Assembly (NCBI GenBank): GCA_964016885.1
Contig: OZ024744.1
Coordinates: 744,001-808,000 of the forward strand
DNA length: 64,000 bases
Direction of reading: 5' to 3'
DNA from: Eledone cirrhosa
Taxonomy: Eukaryota
This document shows positions 1 to 13,600 of the stretch, piece after piece. Within the stretch, counting starts at the first letter, position 1. Every line of letters starts with the position of its first letter. The notes under the pieces are model-generated. The model was not told where the DNA came from, did not search any database, and saw only the letters and a list, made by a program, of their open reading frames with translations. A program made the position numbers and the translations under genes.

Positions 1-289
1 GATAGCTTGATGAAGAACGAAGTTTTGGGGAAGACAAGGTAGAGAAAGATAGCTTGGTGAAGAACGAAGTTTTGAGGGAAGACAAGGTAGAGAAAGATAG
101 CTTGGTGAAGAACGAAGTTTTGGGGGAAGACAAGGTAGAGAAAGATAGCTTGGTGAAGAACGAAGTTTTGAGGGAAGACAAGGTAGAGAAAGATAGCTTG
201 GTGAAGAACGAAGTTTTGGGGGAAGACAAGGTAGAGAAAGATAGCTTGGTGAAGAACGAAGTTTTGAGGGAAGACAAGGTAGAGAAAGA

Positions 290-3200
290 TAGTTGGTAAA
301 GAACGAAGTTTTGAAGGAAGACAAGGTAGAGAAAGATAGCTTGGTGAAGAACGACGTTTTGAGGGAAGACAAGGTATAGAAAGATAGCTTGGTGAAGAAC
401 GACGTTTTCGGGGAAGAAAAGGTAGAGAAAGATAGCTTGGTGAAGAACAAAGTTTTGGGGGAAGACAAGGTAGAGAAAGATAGCTTGGTGAAGAACGAAG
501 TATTGAGGGAAGACTCGGTAGAGAAAGATAGCTTGGTGAAGAACGAAGTTTTGAGGGAAGACAAGGTAGAGAAAGATAGCTTGGTGAAGAACGAGGTTTT
601 GAGGGAAGACAATGTAGAGAAAGATAGCTTGGTGAAGAACGAAGTTTTGGGGGAAGACAAGGTAGAGAAAGATAGCTTGGTGAAGAACGAAGTTTTGGGG
701 GATGACAAAGTAGAGAAAGATAGCTTGGTGAAGAACGAAGTTTTGGGGGAAGACAAGGTAGAGAAAGATAGCTTGATGAAGAACGAAGTTTTGGGGGAAG
801 ACAAGGAAGAGAAAGATAGCTTGGTGAAGAACGAAGTTTTGAAGGAAGACAAGGTAGAGAAAGATAGCTTGGTGAAGAACGAAGTTTTGGGGGAAGACAA
901 GGTAGAGAAAGATAGCTTGGTGAAGAACGAAGTTTTGCGGGAAGACAAGGTAGAGAAATATAGCTCGGTGAAGAACGAAGTTTTGAGGGAAGACAAGGTA
1001 GAGAAAGATAGCTTGGTGAAGAACGAAGTTTTGGGGGAAGACAAGGTAGAGAAAGATAGCTTGGTGAAGAACGAAGTTTTGAGGATGACAAGGTAGAGAA
1101 AGATAGCTTGGTGAAGAACGAAGTTATGAGGGAAGACAAGGTAGAGAAAGATAGTTGGTGAAGAACGAAGTTTTGAGGGAAGACAAGGTAGAGAAAGATA
1201 GCTTGGTGAAGAACGACGTTTTGAGGGAAGACAAGGTAGAGAAAGATAGCTTGGTGAAGAACGAAGTTTTGGGGGAAGACAAGGTAGAGAAAGATAGCTT
1301 GATGAAGTACGAAGTTTTGGGGGAAGACAAGGTAGAGAAAGATAGCTTGGTGAAGAACGAAGTTTTGAGGGAAGACAAGGTAGAGAAAGATAGCTTGATG
1401 AAGAACGAAGTTTTGAGGGAAGACAAGGTAGAGAAAGATAGCTTGGTGAAGAACGAAGTTTTGAGGGAAGACAAAGTATAGAAAGATAGCTTGGTGAAGA
1501 ACGAAGTTTTGGGGGAAGACAATGTAGAGAAAGATAGCTTGATGAAGAACGAAGTTTTGGGGGAAGACAAGGTAGAGAAAGATAGCTTGGTGAAGAACGA
1601 AGTTTTGAGGGAAGACAAGGTAGAGAAAGATAGCTTGGTGAAGAACGAAGTTTTGAGGGGAGACAAAGTATAGAAAGATAGCTTGGTGAAGAACGAAGTT
1701 TTGGGGGAAGACAATGTAGAGAAAGATAGCTTGATGAAGAACGAAGTTTTGGGGAAGACAAGGTAGAGAAAGATAGCTTGGTGAAGAACGAAGTTTTGAG
1801 GGAAGACAAGGTAGAGAAAGATAGCTTGGTGAAGAACGAAGTTTTGGGGGAAGACAAGGTAGAGAAAGATAGCTTGGTGAAGAACGAAGTTTTGAGGGAA
1901 GACAAGGTAGAGAAAGATAGCTTGGTGAAGAACGAAGTTTTGGGGGAAGACAAGGTAGAGAAAGATAGCTTGGTGAAGAACGAAGTTTTGAGGGAAGACA
2001 AGGTAGAGAAAGATAGTTGGTAAAGAACGAAGTTTTGAGGGAAGACAAGGTAGAGAAAGATAGCTTGGTGAAGAACGAAGTTTTGAGGGAAGACAAGGTA
2101 GAGAAAGATAGTTGGTAAAGAACGAAGTTTTGAGGGAAGACAAGGTAGAGAAAGATAGCTTGGTGAAGAACGAAGTTTTGAGGGAAGACAAGGTAGAGAA
2201 AGATAGCTTGGTGAAGAACGAAGTTTTGGGGGAAGACAAGGTAGAGAAAGATAGCTTGGTGAAGAACGAAGTTTTGAGGGAAGACAAGGTAGAGAAAGAT
2301 AGTTGGTGAAGAACGAAATTTTGAGGGAAGACAAGGTAGAGAAAAATAGCTTGGTGAAGAACGACGTTTTGAGGGAAGACAAGGTAGAGAAAGATAGCTT
2401 GGTGAAGAACGAAGTTTTGGGGGAAGACAAGGTAGAGAAAGATAGCTTGATGAAGTACGAAGTTTTGGGGGAAGACAAGGTAGAGAAAGATAGCTTGGTG
2501 AAGAACGACGTTTTGAGGGAAGACAAGGTAGATAAAGATAGCTTGGTGAAGAACGAAGTTTTGGGGGAAGACAAGGTAGAGAAAGATAGCTTGATGAAGT
2601 ACGAAGTTTTGGGGGAAGACAAGGTAGAGAAAGATAGTTTGGTGAAGAACGACGTTTTGTGGGAAGACAAGGTAGAGAAACATAGTTGGTGAAGAACGAA
2701 GTTTTGAGGGAAGACAAGGTAGAGAAAGATAGCTTGATGAAGAACGAAGTTTTGAGGGAAGACAAGGTAGAGAAAGATAGCTTGGTGAAGAACGAAGTTT
2801 TGAGGGAAGACAAGGTAGAGAAAGATAGCTTCATGAAGAACGAAGTTTTGAGGGAAGACAAGGTAGAGAAAGATAGCTTGGTGAAGAACGAAGTTTTGAG
2901 GGAAGACAAGGTAGAGAAAGATAGCTTGGTGAAGAACGAAGTTTTGGGGGAAGACAAGGTAGAGAAAGATAGCTTGGTGAAGAACGAAGTTTTGAGGGAA
3001 GACAAGGTAGAGAAAGATAGTTGGTAAAGAACGAAGTTTTGAAGGAAGACAAGGTAGAGAAAGATAGCTTGGTGAAGAACGACGTTTTGAGGGAAGACAA
3101 GGTATAGAAAGATAGCTTGGTGAAGAACGACGTTTTCGGGGAAGAAAAGGTAGAGAAAGATAGCTTGGTGAAGAACAAAGTTTTGGGGGAAGACAAGGTA

Positions 3201-5630
3201 GAGAAAGATAGCTTGGTGAAGAACGAAGTATTGAGGGAAGACTCGGTAGAGAAAGATAGCTTGGTGAAGAACGAAGTTTTGAGGGAAGACAAGGTAGAGA
3301 AAGATAGCTTGGTGAAGAACGAGGTTTTGAGGGAAGACAATGTAGAGAAAGATAGCTTGGTGAAGAACGAAGTTTTGGGGGAAGACAAGGTAGAGAAAGA
3401 TAGCTTGGTGAAGAACGAAGTTTTGGGGGATGACAAAGTAGAGAAAGATAGCTTGGTGAAGAACGAAGTTTTGGGGGAAGACAAGGTAGAGAAAGATAGC
3501 TTGATGAAGAACGAAGTTTTGGGGGAAGACAAGGAAGAGAAAGATAGCTTGGTGAAGAACGAAGTTTTGAGGGAAGACAAGGTAGAGAAAGATAGCTTGG
3601 TGAAGAACGAAGTTTTGGGGGAAGACAAGGTAGAGAAAGATAGCTTGGTGAAGAACGAAGTTTTGCGGGAAGACAAGGTAGAGAAATATAGCTCGGTGAA
3701 GAACGAAGTTTTGAGGGAAGACAAGGTAGAGAAAGATAGCTTGGTGAAGAACGAAGTTTTGGGGGAAGACAAGGTAGAGAAAGATAGCTTGGTGAAGAAC
3801 GAAGTTTTGAGGAAGACAAGGTAGAGAAAGATAGCTTGGTGAAGAACGAAGTTATGAGGGAAGACAAAGTAGAGAAAGATAGTTGGTGAAGAACGAAGTT
3901 TTGAGGGAAGACAAGGTAGAGAAAGATAGCTTGGTGAAGAACGACGTTTTGAGGGAAGACAAGGTAGAGAAAGATAGCTTGGTGAAGAACGAAGTTTTGG
4001 GCGAAGACAAGGTAGAGAAAGATAGCTTGATGAAGTACGAAGTTTTGGGGGAAGACAAGGTAGAGAAAGATAGCTTGGTGAAGAACGAAGTTTTGAGGGA
4101 AGACAAGGTAGAGAAAGATAGCTTGATGAAGAACGAAGTTTTGAGGGAAGACAAGGTAGAGAAAGATAGCTTGGTGAAGAACGAAGTTTTGAGGGTAGAC
4201 AAAGTATAGAAAGATAGCTTGGTGAAGAACGAAGTTTTGGGGGAAGACAATGTAGAGAAAGATAGCTTGATGAAGAACGAAGTTTTGGGGGAAGACAAGG
4301 TAGAGAAAGATAGCTTGGTGAAGAACGAAGTTTTGAGGGAAGACAAGGTAGAGAAAGATAGCTTGGTGAAGAACGAAGTTTTGAGGGGAGACAAAGTATA
4401 GAAAGATAGCTTGGTGAAGAACGAAGTTTTGGGGGAAGACAATGTAGAGAAAGATAGCTTGATGAAGAACGAAGTTTTGGGGAAGACAAGGTAGAGAAAG
4501 ATAGCTTGGTGAAGAACGAAGTTTTGAGGGAAGACAAGGTAGAGAAAGATAGCTTGGTGAAGAACAAAGTTTTGGGGGAAGACAAGGTAGAGAAAGATAG
4601 CTTGGTGAAGAACGAAGTTTTGAGGGGAGACAAGGTAGAGAAAGATAGCTTGGTGAAGAACGAAGTTTTGGGGGAAGACAAGGTAGAGAAAGATAGCTTG
4701 GTGAAGAACGAAGTTTTGAGGGAAGACAAGGTAGAGAAAGATAGTTGGTAAAGAACGAAGTTTTGAGGGAAGACAAGGTAGAGAAAGATAGCTTGGTGAA
4801 GAACGAAGTTTTGAGGGAAGACAAGGTAGAGAAAGATAGTTGGTAAAGAACGAAGTTTTGAGGGAAGACAAGGTAGAGAAAGATAGCTTGGTGAAGAACG
4901 AAGTTTTGAGGGAAGACAAGGTAGAGAAAGATAGCTTGGTGAAGAACGAAGTTTTGGGGGAAGACAAGGTAGAGAAAGATAGCTTGGTGAAGAACGAAGT
5001 TTTGAGGGAAGACAAGGTAGAGAAAGATAGTTGGTGAAGAACGAAATTTTGAGGGAAGACAAGGTAGAGAAAAATAGCTTGGTGAAGAACGACGTTTTGA
5101 GGGAAGACAAGGTAGAGAAAGATAGCTTGGTGAAGAACGAAGTTTTGGGGGAAGACAAGGTAGAGAAAGATAGCTTGATGAAGTACGAAGTTTTGGGGGA
5201 AGACAAGGTAGAGAAAGATAGCTTGGTGAAGAACGACGTTTTGAGGGAAGACAAGGTAGAGAAAGATAGCTTGGTGAAGAACGAAGTTTTGGGGGAAGAC
5301 AAGGTAGAGAAAGATAGCTTGATGAAGTACGAAGTTTTGGGGGAAGACAAGGTAGAGAAAGATAGCTTGGTGAAGAACGACGTTTTGTGGGAAGACAAGG
5401 TAGAGAAACATAGTTGGTGAAGAACGAAGTTTTGAGGGAAGACAAGGTAGAGAAAGATAGCTTGATGAAGAACGAAGTTTTGAGGGAGGACAAGGTAGAG
5501 AAAGATAGCTTGGTGAAGAACGAAGTTTTGAGGGAAGACAAGGTAGAGAAAGATAGCTTCATGAAGAACGAGGTTTTGAGGGAAGACAAGGTAGAGAAAG
5601 ATAGCTTGGTGAAGAACGAAGTTTTGAGGG
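290..5630 (+). repeat. Tandem higher-order duplication, period 2728 bp (57 monomers minus 8 single-base deletions)
   Basis: Constant offset of 2728 between equivalent ORF starts: 389/3117, 1155/3883, 1491/4219, 1778/4506, 2112/4840, 2303/5031, 2686/5414. Boundaries are approximate. Confidence 0.9.
389..1096 (+). repeat. Higher-order cassette A (~15 monomers, 708 bp), first copy; complete copies start at 389, 3117, 9624, 16036, 21011, 22735, 24793, 28431, 33122, 36328, 39918, 44611, 49828, 54568, 59930, 61079, 62371, plus one at ~63520 truncated by the window end
   Basis: Same ordered rare variants in each copy: TTTTCGGGGAAGAAAAGG, AACAAAG, GACTCGG (usually with GTATTG), GAGGTT...AATGT, GGATGACAAAG, AAGGAAGAG, TTGCGG...AAATATAGCTCGG, then a 1-bp G deletion followed by a GTTATG monomer. 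Appears as the recurrent 235-aa ORF in the track. Confidence 0.95.
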
Positions 5631-7620
5631 AAGACAAAGTATAGAAAGATAGCTTGGTGAAGAACGAAGTTTTGGGGGAAGACAATGTAGAGAAAGATAG
5701 CTTGATGAAGAACGAAGTTTTGGGGGAAGACAAGGTAGAGAAAGATAGCTTGGTGAAGAACGAAGTTTTGAGGGAAGACAAGGTAGAGAAAGATAGCTTG
5801 GTGAAGAACGAAGTTTTGGGGGAAGACAAGGTAGAGAAAGATAGCTTGGTGAAGAACGAAGTTTTGAGGGAAGACAAGGTAGAGAAAGATAGTTGGTAAA
5901 GAACGAAGTTTTGAGGGAAGACAAGGTAGAGAAAGATAGCTTGGTGAAGAACGAAGTTTTGAGGGAAGACAAGGTAGAGAAAGATAGCTTGGTGAAGAAC
6001 GAAGTTTTGGGGGAAGACAAGGTAGAGAAAGATAGCTTGGTGAAGAACGAAGTTTTGAGGGAAGACAAGGTAGAGAAAGATAGCTTGGTGAAGAACTAAG
6101 TTTTGGGGGAAGACAAGGTAGAGAAAGATAGCTTGGTGAAGAACGAAGTTTTGAGGGAAGACAAGGTAGAGAAAGATAGTTGGTGAAGAACGAAATTTTG
6201 AGGGAAGACAAGGTAGAGAAAGATAGCTTGGTGAAGAACGACGTTTTGAGGGAAGACAAGGTAGAGAAAGATAGCTTGGTGAAGAACGACGTTTTGAGGG
6301 AAGACAAGGTAGAGAAAGATAGCTTGGTGAAGAACGAAGTTTTGGGGGAAGACAAGGTAGAGAAAGATAGCTTGATGAAGTACGAAGTTTTGGGGGAAGA
6401 CAAGGTAGAGAAAGATAGCTTGGTGAAGAACGACGTTTTGTGGGAAGAAAAGGTAGAGAAACATAGTTGGTGAAGAACGAAATTTTGAGGGAAGACAAGG
6501 TAGAGAAAGATAGCTTGGTGAAGAACGAAGTTTTGAGGGAAGACAAGGTAGAGAAAGATAGCTTGATGAAGTACGAAGTTTTGAGGGAAGACAAGGTAGA
6601 GAAAGATAGCTTGGTGAAGAACGAAGTTTTGAGGGAAGACAAAGTATAGAAAGATAGCTTGGTGAAGAACGAAGTTTTGGGGGAAGACAATGTAGAGAAA
6701 GATAGCTTGATGAAGAACGAAGTTTTGGGGGAAGACAAGGTAGAGAAAGATAGCTTGGTGAAGAACGAAGTTTTGAGGGAAGACAAGGTAGAGAAAGATA
6801 GCTTGGTGAAGAACGAAGTTTTGGGGGAAGACAAGGTAGAGAAAGATAGCTTGGTGAAGAACGAAGTTTTGAGGGAAGACAAGGTAGAGAAAGATAGTTG
6901 GTAAAGAACGAAGTTTTGAGGGAAGACAAGGTAGAGAAAGATAGCTTGGTGAAGAACGAAGTTTTGAGGGAAGACAAGGTAGAGAAAGATAGCTTGGTGA
7001 AGAACGAAGTTTTGGGGGAAGACAAGGTAGAGAAAGATAGCTTGGTGAAGAACGAAGTTTTGAGGGAAGACAAGGTAGAGAAAGATAGCTTGGTGAAGAA
7101 CTAAGTTTTGGGGGAAGACAAGGTAGAGAAAGATAGCTTGGTGAAGAACGAAGTTTTGAGGGAAGACAAGGTAGAGAAAGATAGTTGGTGAAGAACGAAA
7201 TTTTGAGGGAAGACAAGGTAGAGAAAGATAGCTTGGTGAAGAACGACGTTTTGAGGGAAGACAAGGTAGAGAAAGATAGCTTGGTGAAGAACGACGTTTT
7301 GAGGGAAGACAAGGTAGAGAAAGATAGCTTGGTGAAGAACGAAGTTTTGGGGGAAGACAAGGTAGAGAAAGATAGCTTGATGAAGTACGAAGTTTTGGGG
7401 GAAGACAAGGTAGAGAAAGATAGCTTGGTGAAGAACGACGTTTTGTGGGAAGAAAAGGTAGAGAAACATAGTTGGTGAAGAACGAAATTTTGAGGGAAGA
7501 CAAGGTAGAGAAAGATAGCTTGGTGAAGAACGAAGTTTTGAGGGAAGACAAGGTAGAGAAAGATAGCTTGATGAAGTACGAAGTTTTGAGGGAAGACAAG
7601 GTAGAGAAAGATAGCTTGGT
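5590..7620 (+). repeat. Tandem duplication, period 1005 bp (21 monomers minus 3 bp)
   Basis: Offsets 5654/6659, 5893/6898, 6180/7185, 6467/7472. Private variants AACTAAG (TAA at 6097 and 7102) and TGGGAAGAAAAGG (~6441 and ~7446) were seen only in these two copies. Confidence 0.92.
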
Positions 7621-10600
7621 GAAGAACGAAGTTTTGGGGGAAGACAAGGTAGAGAAATATAGCTCGGTGAAGAACGAAGTTTTGAGGGAAGACAAGGTAG
7701 AGAAAGATAGCTTGGTGAAGAACGAAGTTTTGGGGGAAGACAAGGTAGAGAAAGATAGCTTGGTTAAGAACGAAGTTTTGAGGGAAGACTAGGTAGAGAA
7801 AGATAGCTTGATGAAGAACGAAGTTTTGAGGGAAGACAAGGTAGAGAAAGATAGCTTGGTGAAGAACGAAGTTTTGGGGGAAGACAAGGTAGAGAAAGAT
7901 AGCTTGGTGAAGAACGAAGGTTTGAGGGAAGACAAGGTAGAGAAAGATAGCTTGGTGAAGAACGAAGTTTTGGGGGAAGACAAGGTAGAGAAAGATAGCT
8001 TGGTGAAGAACGAAGTTTTGGGGAAGACAAGGTAGAGAAAGATAGCTTGGTGAAGAACGAAGTTATGAGGGAAGACAGGGTAGAGAAAGATAGTTGGTGA
8101 ACAACGAAGTTTTGAGGGAAGACATGGTAGAGAAAGATAGCTTGGTGAAGAACGAAGTTTTGAGGGAAGACAAAGTATAGAAAGATAGCTTGGTGAAGAA
8201 CGAAGTTTTGGGGGAAGACAATGTAGAGAAAGATAGCTTGATGAAGAACGAAGTTTTGGGGGAAAACAAGGTAGAGAAAGATAGCTTGGTGAAGAACGAA
8301 GTTTTGAGGGAAGACAAGGTAGAGAAAGATAGCTTGGTGAAGAACGAAGTTTTGAGGGGAGACAAAGTATAGAAAGATAGCTTGGTGAAGAACGAAGTTT
8401 TGGGGGAAGACAATGTAGAGAAAGATAGCTTGATGAAGAACGAAGTTTTGGGGAAGACAAGGTAGAGAAAGATAGCTTGGTGAAGAACGAAGTTTTGAGG
8501 GAAGACAAGGTAGAGAAAGATAGCTTGGTGAAGAACGAAGTTTTGGGGGAAGACAAGGTAGAGAAAGATAGCTTGGTGAAGAACGAAGTTTTGAGGGAAG
8601 TCAAGGTAGAGAAAGATAGCTTGGTGAAGAACGAAGTTTTGGGGGAAGACAAGGTAGAGAAAGATAGCTTGGTGAAGAACGAAGTTTTGAGGGAAGACAA
8701 GGTAGAGAAAGATAGTTGGTAAAGAACGAAATTTTGAGGGAAGACAAGGTAGAGAAAGATAGCTTGGTGAAGAACGAAGTTTTGAGGGAAGACAAGGTAG
8801 AGAAAGATAGTTGGTAAAGAACGAAGTTTTGAGGGAAGACAAGGTAGAGAAAGATAGCTTGGTGAAGAACGAAGTTTTGAGGGAAGACAAGGTAGAGAAA
8901 GATAGCTTGGTGAAGAACGAAGTTTTGGGGGAAGACAAGGTAGAGAAAGATAGCTTGGTGAAGAACGAAGTTTTGAGGGAAGACAAGGTAGAGAAAGATA
9001 GTTGGTGAAGAACGAAATTTTGAGGGAAGACAAGGTAGAGAAAAATAGCTTGGTGAAGAACGACGTTTTGAGGGAAGACAAGGTAGAGAAAGATAGCTTG
9101 GTGAAGAACGAAGTTTTGGGGGAAGACAAGGTAGAGAAAGATAGCTTGATGAAGTACGAAGTTTTGGGGGAAGACAAGGTAGAGAAAGATAGCTTGGTGA
9201 AGAACGACGTTTTGTGGGAAGACAAGGTAGAGAAACATAGTTGGTGAAGAACGAAGTTTTGAGGGAAGACAAGGTAGAGAAAGATAGCTTGATGAAGAAC
9301 GAAGTTTTGAGGGAAGACAAGGTAGAGAAAGATAGCTTGGTGAAGAACGAAGTTTTGAGGGAAGACAAGGTAGAGAAAGATAGCTTCATGAAGAACGAAG
9401 TTTTGAGGGAAGACAAGGTAGAGAAAGATAGCTTGGTGAAGAACGAAGTTTTGAGGGAAGACAAGGTAGAGAAAGATAGCTTGGTGAAGAACGAAGTTTT
9501 GGGGGAAGACAAGGTAGAGAAAGATAGTTGGTAAAGAACGAAGTTTTGAAGGAAGACAAGGTAGAGAAAGATAGCTTGGTGAAGAACGACGTTTTGAGGG
9601 AAGACAAGGTATAGAAAGATAGCTTGGTGAAGAACGACGTTTTCGGGGAAGAAAAGGTAGAGAAAGATAGCTTGGTGAAGAACAAAGTTTTGGGGGAAGA
9701 CAAGGTAGAGAAAGATAGCTTGGTGAAGAACGAAGTATTGAGGGAAGACTCGGTAGAGAAAGATAGCTTGGTGAAGAACGAAGTTTTGAGGGAAGACAAG
9801 GTAGAGAAAGATAGCTTGGTGAAGAACGAGGTTTTGAGGGAAGACAATGTAGAGAAAGATAGCTTGGTGAAGAACGAAGTTTTGGGGGAAGACAAGGTAG
9901 AGAAAGATAGCTTGGTGAAGAACGAAGTTTTGGGGGATGACAAAGTAGAGAAAGATAGCTTGGTGAAGAACGAAGTTTTGGGGGAAGACAAGGTAGAGAA
10001 AGATAGCTTGATGAAGAACGAAGTTTTGGGGGAAGACAAGGAAGAGAAAGATAGCTTGGTGAAGAACGAAGTTTTGAGGGAAGACAAGGTAGAGAAAGAT
10101 AGCTTGGTGAAGAACGAAGTTTTGGGGGAAGACAAGGTAGAGAAAGATAGCTTGGTGAAGAACGAAGTTTTGCGGGAAGACAAGGTAGAGAAATATAGCT
10201 CGGTGAAGAACGAAGTTTTGAGGGAAGACAAGGTAGAGAAAGATAGCTTGGTGAAGAACGAAGTTTTGGGGGAAGACAAGGTAGAGAAAGATAGCTTGGT
10301 GAAGAACGAAGTTTTGAGGAAGACAAGGTAGAGAAAGATAGCTTGGTGAAGAACGAAGTTATGAGGGAAGACAAGGTAGAGAAAGATAGTTGGTGAAGAA
10401 CGAAGTTTTGAGGGAAGACAAGGTAGAGAAAGAAAGCTTGGTGAAGAACGACGTTTTGAGGGAAGACAAGGTAGAGAAAGATAGCTTGGTGAAGAACGAA
10501 GTTTTGGGGGAAGACAAGGTAGAGAAAGATAGCTTGATGAAGTACGAAGTTTTGGGGGAAGACAAGGTAGAGAAAGATAGCTTGGTGAAGAACGAAGTTT

Positions 10601-13600
10601 TGAGGGAAGACAAGGTAGAGAAAGATAGCTTGATGAAGAACGAAGTTTTGAGGGAAGACAAGGTAGAGAAAGATAGCTTGGTGAAGAACGAAGTTTTGAG
10701 GGTAGACAAAGTATAGAAAGATAGCTTGGTGAAGAACGAAGTTTTGGGGGAAGACAATGTAGAGAAAGATAGCTTGATGAAGAACGAAGTTTTGGGGGAA
10801 GACAAGGTAGAGAAAGATAGCTTGGTGAAGAACGAAGTTTTGAGGGAAGACAAGGTAGAGAAAGATAGCTTGGTGAAGAACGAAGTTTTGAGGGGAGACA
10901 AAGTATAGAAAGATAGCTTGGTGAAGAACGAAGTTTTGGGGGAAGACAATGTAGAGAAAGATAGCTTGATGAAGAACGAAGTTTTGGGGAAGACAAGGTA
11001 GAGAAAGATAGCTTGGTGAAGAACGAAGTTTTGAGGGAAGACAAGGTAGAGAAAGATAGCTTGGTGAAGAACAAAGTTTTGGGGGAAGACAAGGTAGAGA
11101 AAGATAGCTTGGTGAAGAACGAAGTTTTGAGGGAAGACAAGGTAGAGAAAGATAGCTTGGTGAAGAACGAAGTTTTGGGGGAAGACAAGGTAGAGAAAGA
11201 TAGCTTGGTGAAGAACGAAGTTTTGAGGGAAGACAAGGTAGAGAAAGATAGTTGGTAAAGAACGAAGTTTTGAGGGAAGACAAGGTAGAGAAAGATAGCT
11301 TGGTGAAGAACGAAGTTTTGAGGGAAGACAAGGTAGAGAAAGATAGTTGGTAAAGAACGAAGTTTTGAGGGAAGACAAGGTAGAGAAAGATAGCTTGGTG
11401 AAGAACGAAGTTTTGAGGGAAGACAAGGTAGAGAAAGATAGCTTGGTGAAGAACGAAGTTTTGGGGGAAGACAAGGTAGAGAAAGATAGCTTGGTGAAGA
11501 ACGAAGTTTTGAGGGAAGACAAGGTAGAGAAAGATAGTTGGTGAAGAACGAAATTTTGAGGGAAGACAAGGTAGAGAAAAATAGCTTGGTGAAGAACGAC
11601 GTTTTGATGGAAAACAAGGTAGAGAAAGATAGCTTGGTGAAGAACGAAGTTTTGGGGGAAGACAAGGTAGAGAAAGATAGCTTGATGAAGTACGAAGTTT
11701 TGGGGGAAGACAAGGTAGAGAAAGATAGCTTGGTGAAGAACGACGTTTTGAGGGAAGACAAGGTAGAGAAAGATAGCTTGGTGAAGAACGAAGTTTTGGG
11801 GGAAGACAAGGTAGAGAAAGATAGCTTGATGAAGTACGAAGTTTTGGGGGAAGACAAGGTAGAGAAAGATAGCTTGGTGAAGAACGACGTTTTGTGGGAA
11901 GACAAGGTAGAGAAACATAGTTGGTGAAGAACGAAGTTTTGAGGGAAGACAAGGTAGAGAAAGATAGCTTGATGAAGAACGAAGTTTTGAGGGAAGACAA
12001 GGTAGAGAAAGATAGCTTGGTGAAGAACGAAGTTTTGAGGGAAGACAAGGTAGAGAAAGATAGCTTCATGAAGAACGAAGTTTTGAGGGAAGACAAGGTA
12101 GAGAAAGATAGCTTGGTGAAGAACGAAGTTTTGAGGGAAGACAAAGTATAGAAAGATAGCTTGGTGAAGAACGAAGTTTTGGGGGAAGACAATGTAGAGA
12201 AAGATAGCTTGATGAAGAACGGAGTTTTGGGGGAAGACAAGGTAGAGAAAGATAGCTTGGTGAAGAACGAAGTTTTGAGGGAAGACAAGGTAGAGAAAGA
12301 TAGCTTGGTGAAGAACGAAGTTTTGGGGGAAGACAAGGTAGAGAAATATAGCTCGGTGAAGAACGAAGTTTTGAGGGAAGACAAGGTAGAGAAAGATAGC
12401 TTGGTGAAGAACGAAGTTTTGGGGGAAGACAAGGTAGAGAAAGATAGCTTGGTGAAGAACGACGTTTTGTGGGAAGACAAGGTAGAGAAACATAGTTGGT
12501 GAAGAACGAAATTTTGAGGGAAGACAAGGTAGAGAAAGATAGCTTGGTGAAGAACGAAGTTTTGAGGGAAGACAAGGTAGAGAAAGATAGCTTGATGAAG
12601 TACGAAGTTTTGAGGGAAGACAAGGTAGAGAAAGATAGCTTGGTGAAGAACGAAGTTTTGGGGGAAGACAAGGTAGAGAAATATAGCTCGGTGAAGAACG
12701 AAGTTTTGAGGGAAGACAAGGTAGAGAAAGATAGCTTGGTGAAGAACGAAGTTTTGGGGGAAGACAAGGTAGAGAAAGATAGCTTGGTTAAGAACGAAGT
12801 TTTGAGGGAAGACTAGGTAGAGAAAGATAGCTTGATGAAGAACGAAGTTTTGAGGGAAGACAAGGTAGAGAAAGATAGCTTGGTGAAGAACGAAGTTTTG
12901 GGGGAAGACAAGGTAGAGAAAGATAGCTTGGTGAAGAACGAAGGTTTGAGGGAAGACAAGGTAGAGAAAGATAGCTTGGTGAAGAACGAAGTTTTGGGGG
13001 AAGACAAGGTAGAGAAAGATAGCTTGGTGAAGAACGAAGTTTTGGGGAAGACAAGGTAGAGAAAGATAGCTTGGTGAAGAACGAAGTTATGAGGGAAGAC
13101 AGGGTAGAGAAAGATAGTTGGTGAACAACGAAGTTTTGAGGGAAGACAAGGTAGAGAAAGATAGCTTGGTGAAGAACGAAGTTTTGAGGGAAGACAAAGT
13201 ATAGAAAGATAGCTTGGTGAAGAACGAAGTTTTGGGGGAAGACAATGTAGAGAAAGATAGCTTGATGAAGAACGAAGTTTTGGGGGAAAACAAGGTAGAG
13301 AAAGATAGCTTGGTGAAGAACGAAGTTTTGAGGGAAGACAAGGTAGAGAAAGATAGCTTGGTGAAGAACGAAGTTTTGAGGGGAGACAAAGTATAGAAAG
13401 ATAGCTTGGTGAAGAACGAAGTTTTGGGGGAAGACAATGTAGAGAAAGATAGCTTGATGAAGAACGAAGTTTTGGGGAAGACAAGGTAGAGAAAGATAGC
13501 TTGGTGAAGAACGAAGTTTTGGGGGAAGACAAGGTAGAGAAAGATAGCTTGGTGAAGAACGAAGTTTTGAGGGAAGTCAAGGTAGAGAAAGATAGCTTGG

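Noticed and set aside
389-1096. Recurrent 235-aa and 60-170-aa plus-strand Glu/Lys-rich ORFs as a multigene family
   Set aside because: They are just intervals between frameshift or TAG variants, mostly opened at TTG in the repeat. There is no intergenic, promoter or terminator sequence, and many amplified variants are nonsynonymous, nonsense or frameshifting.
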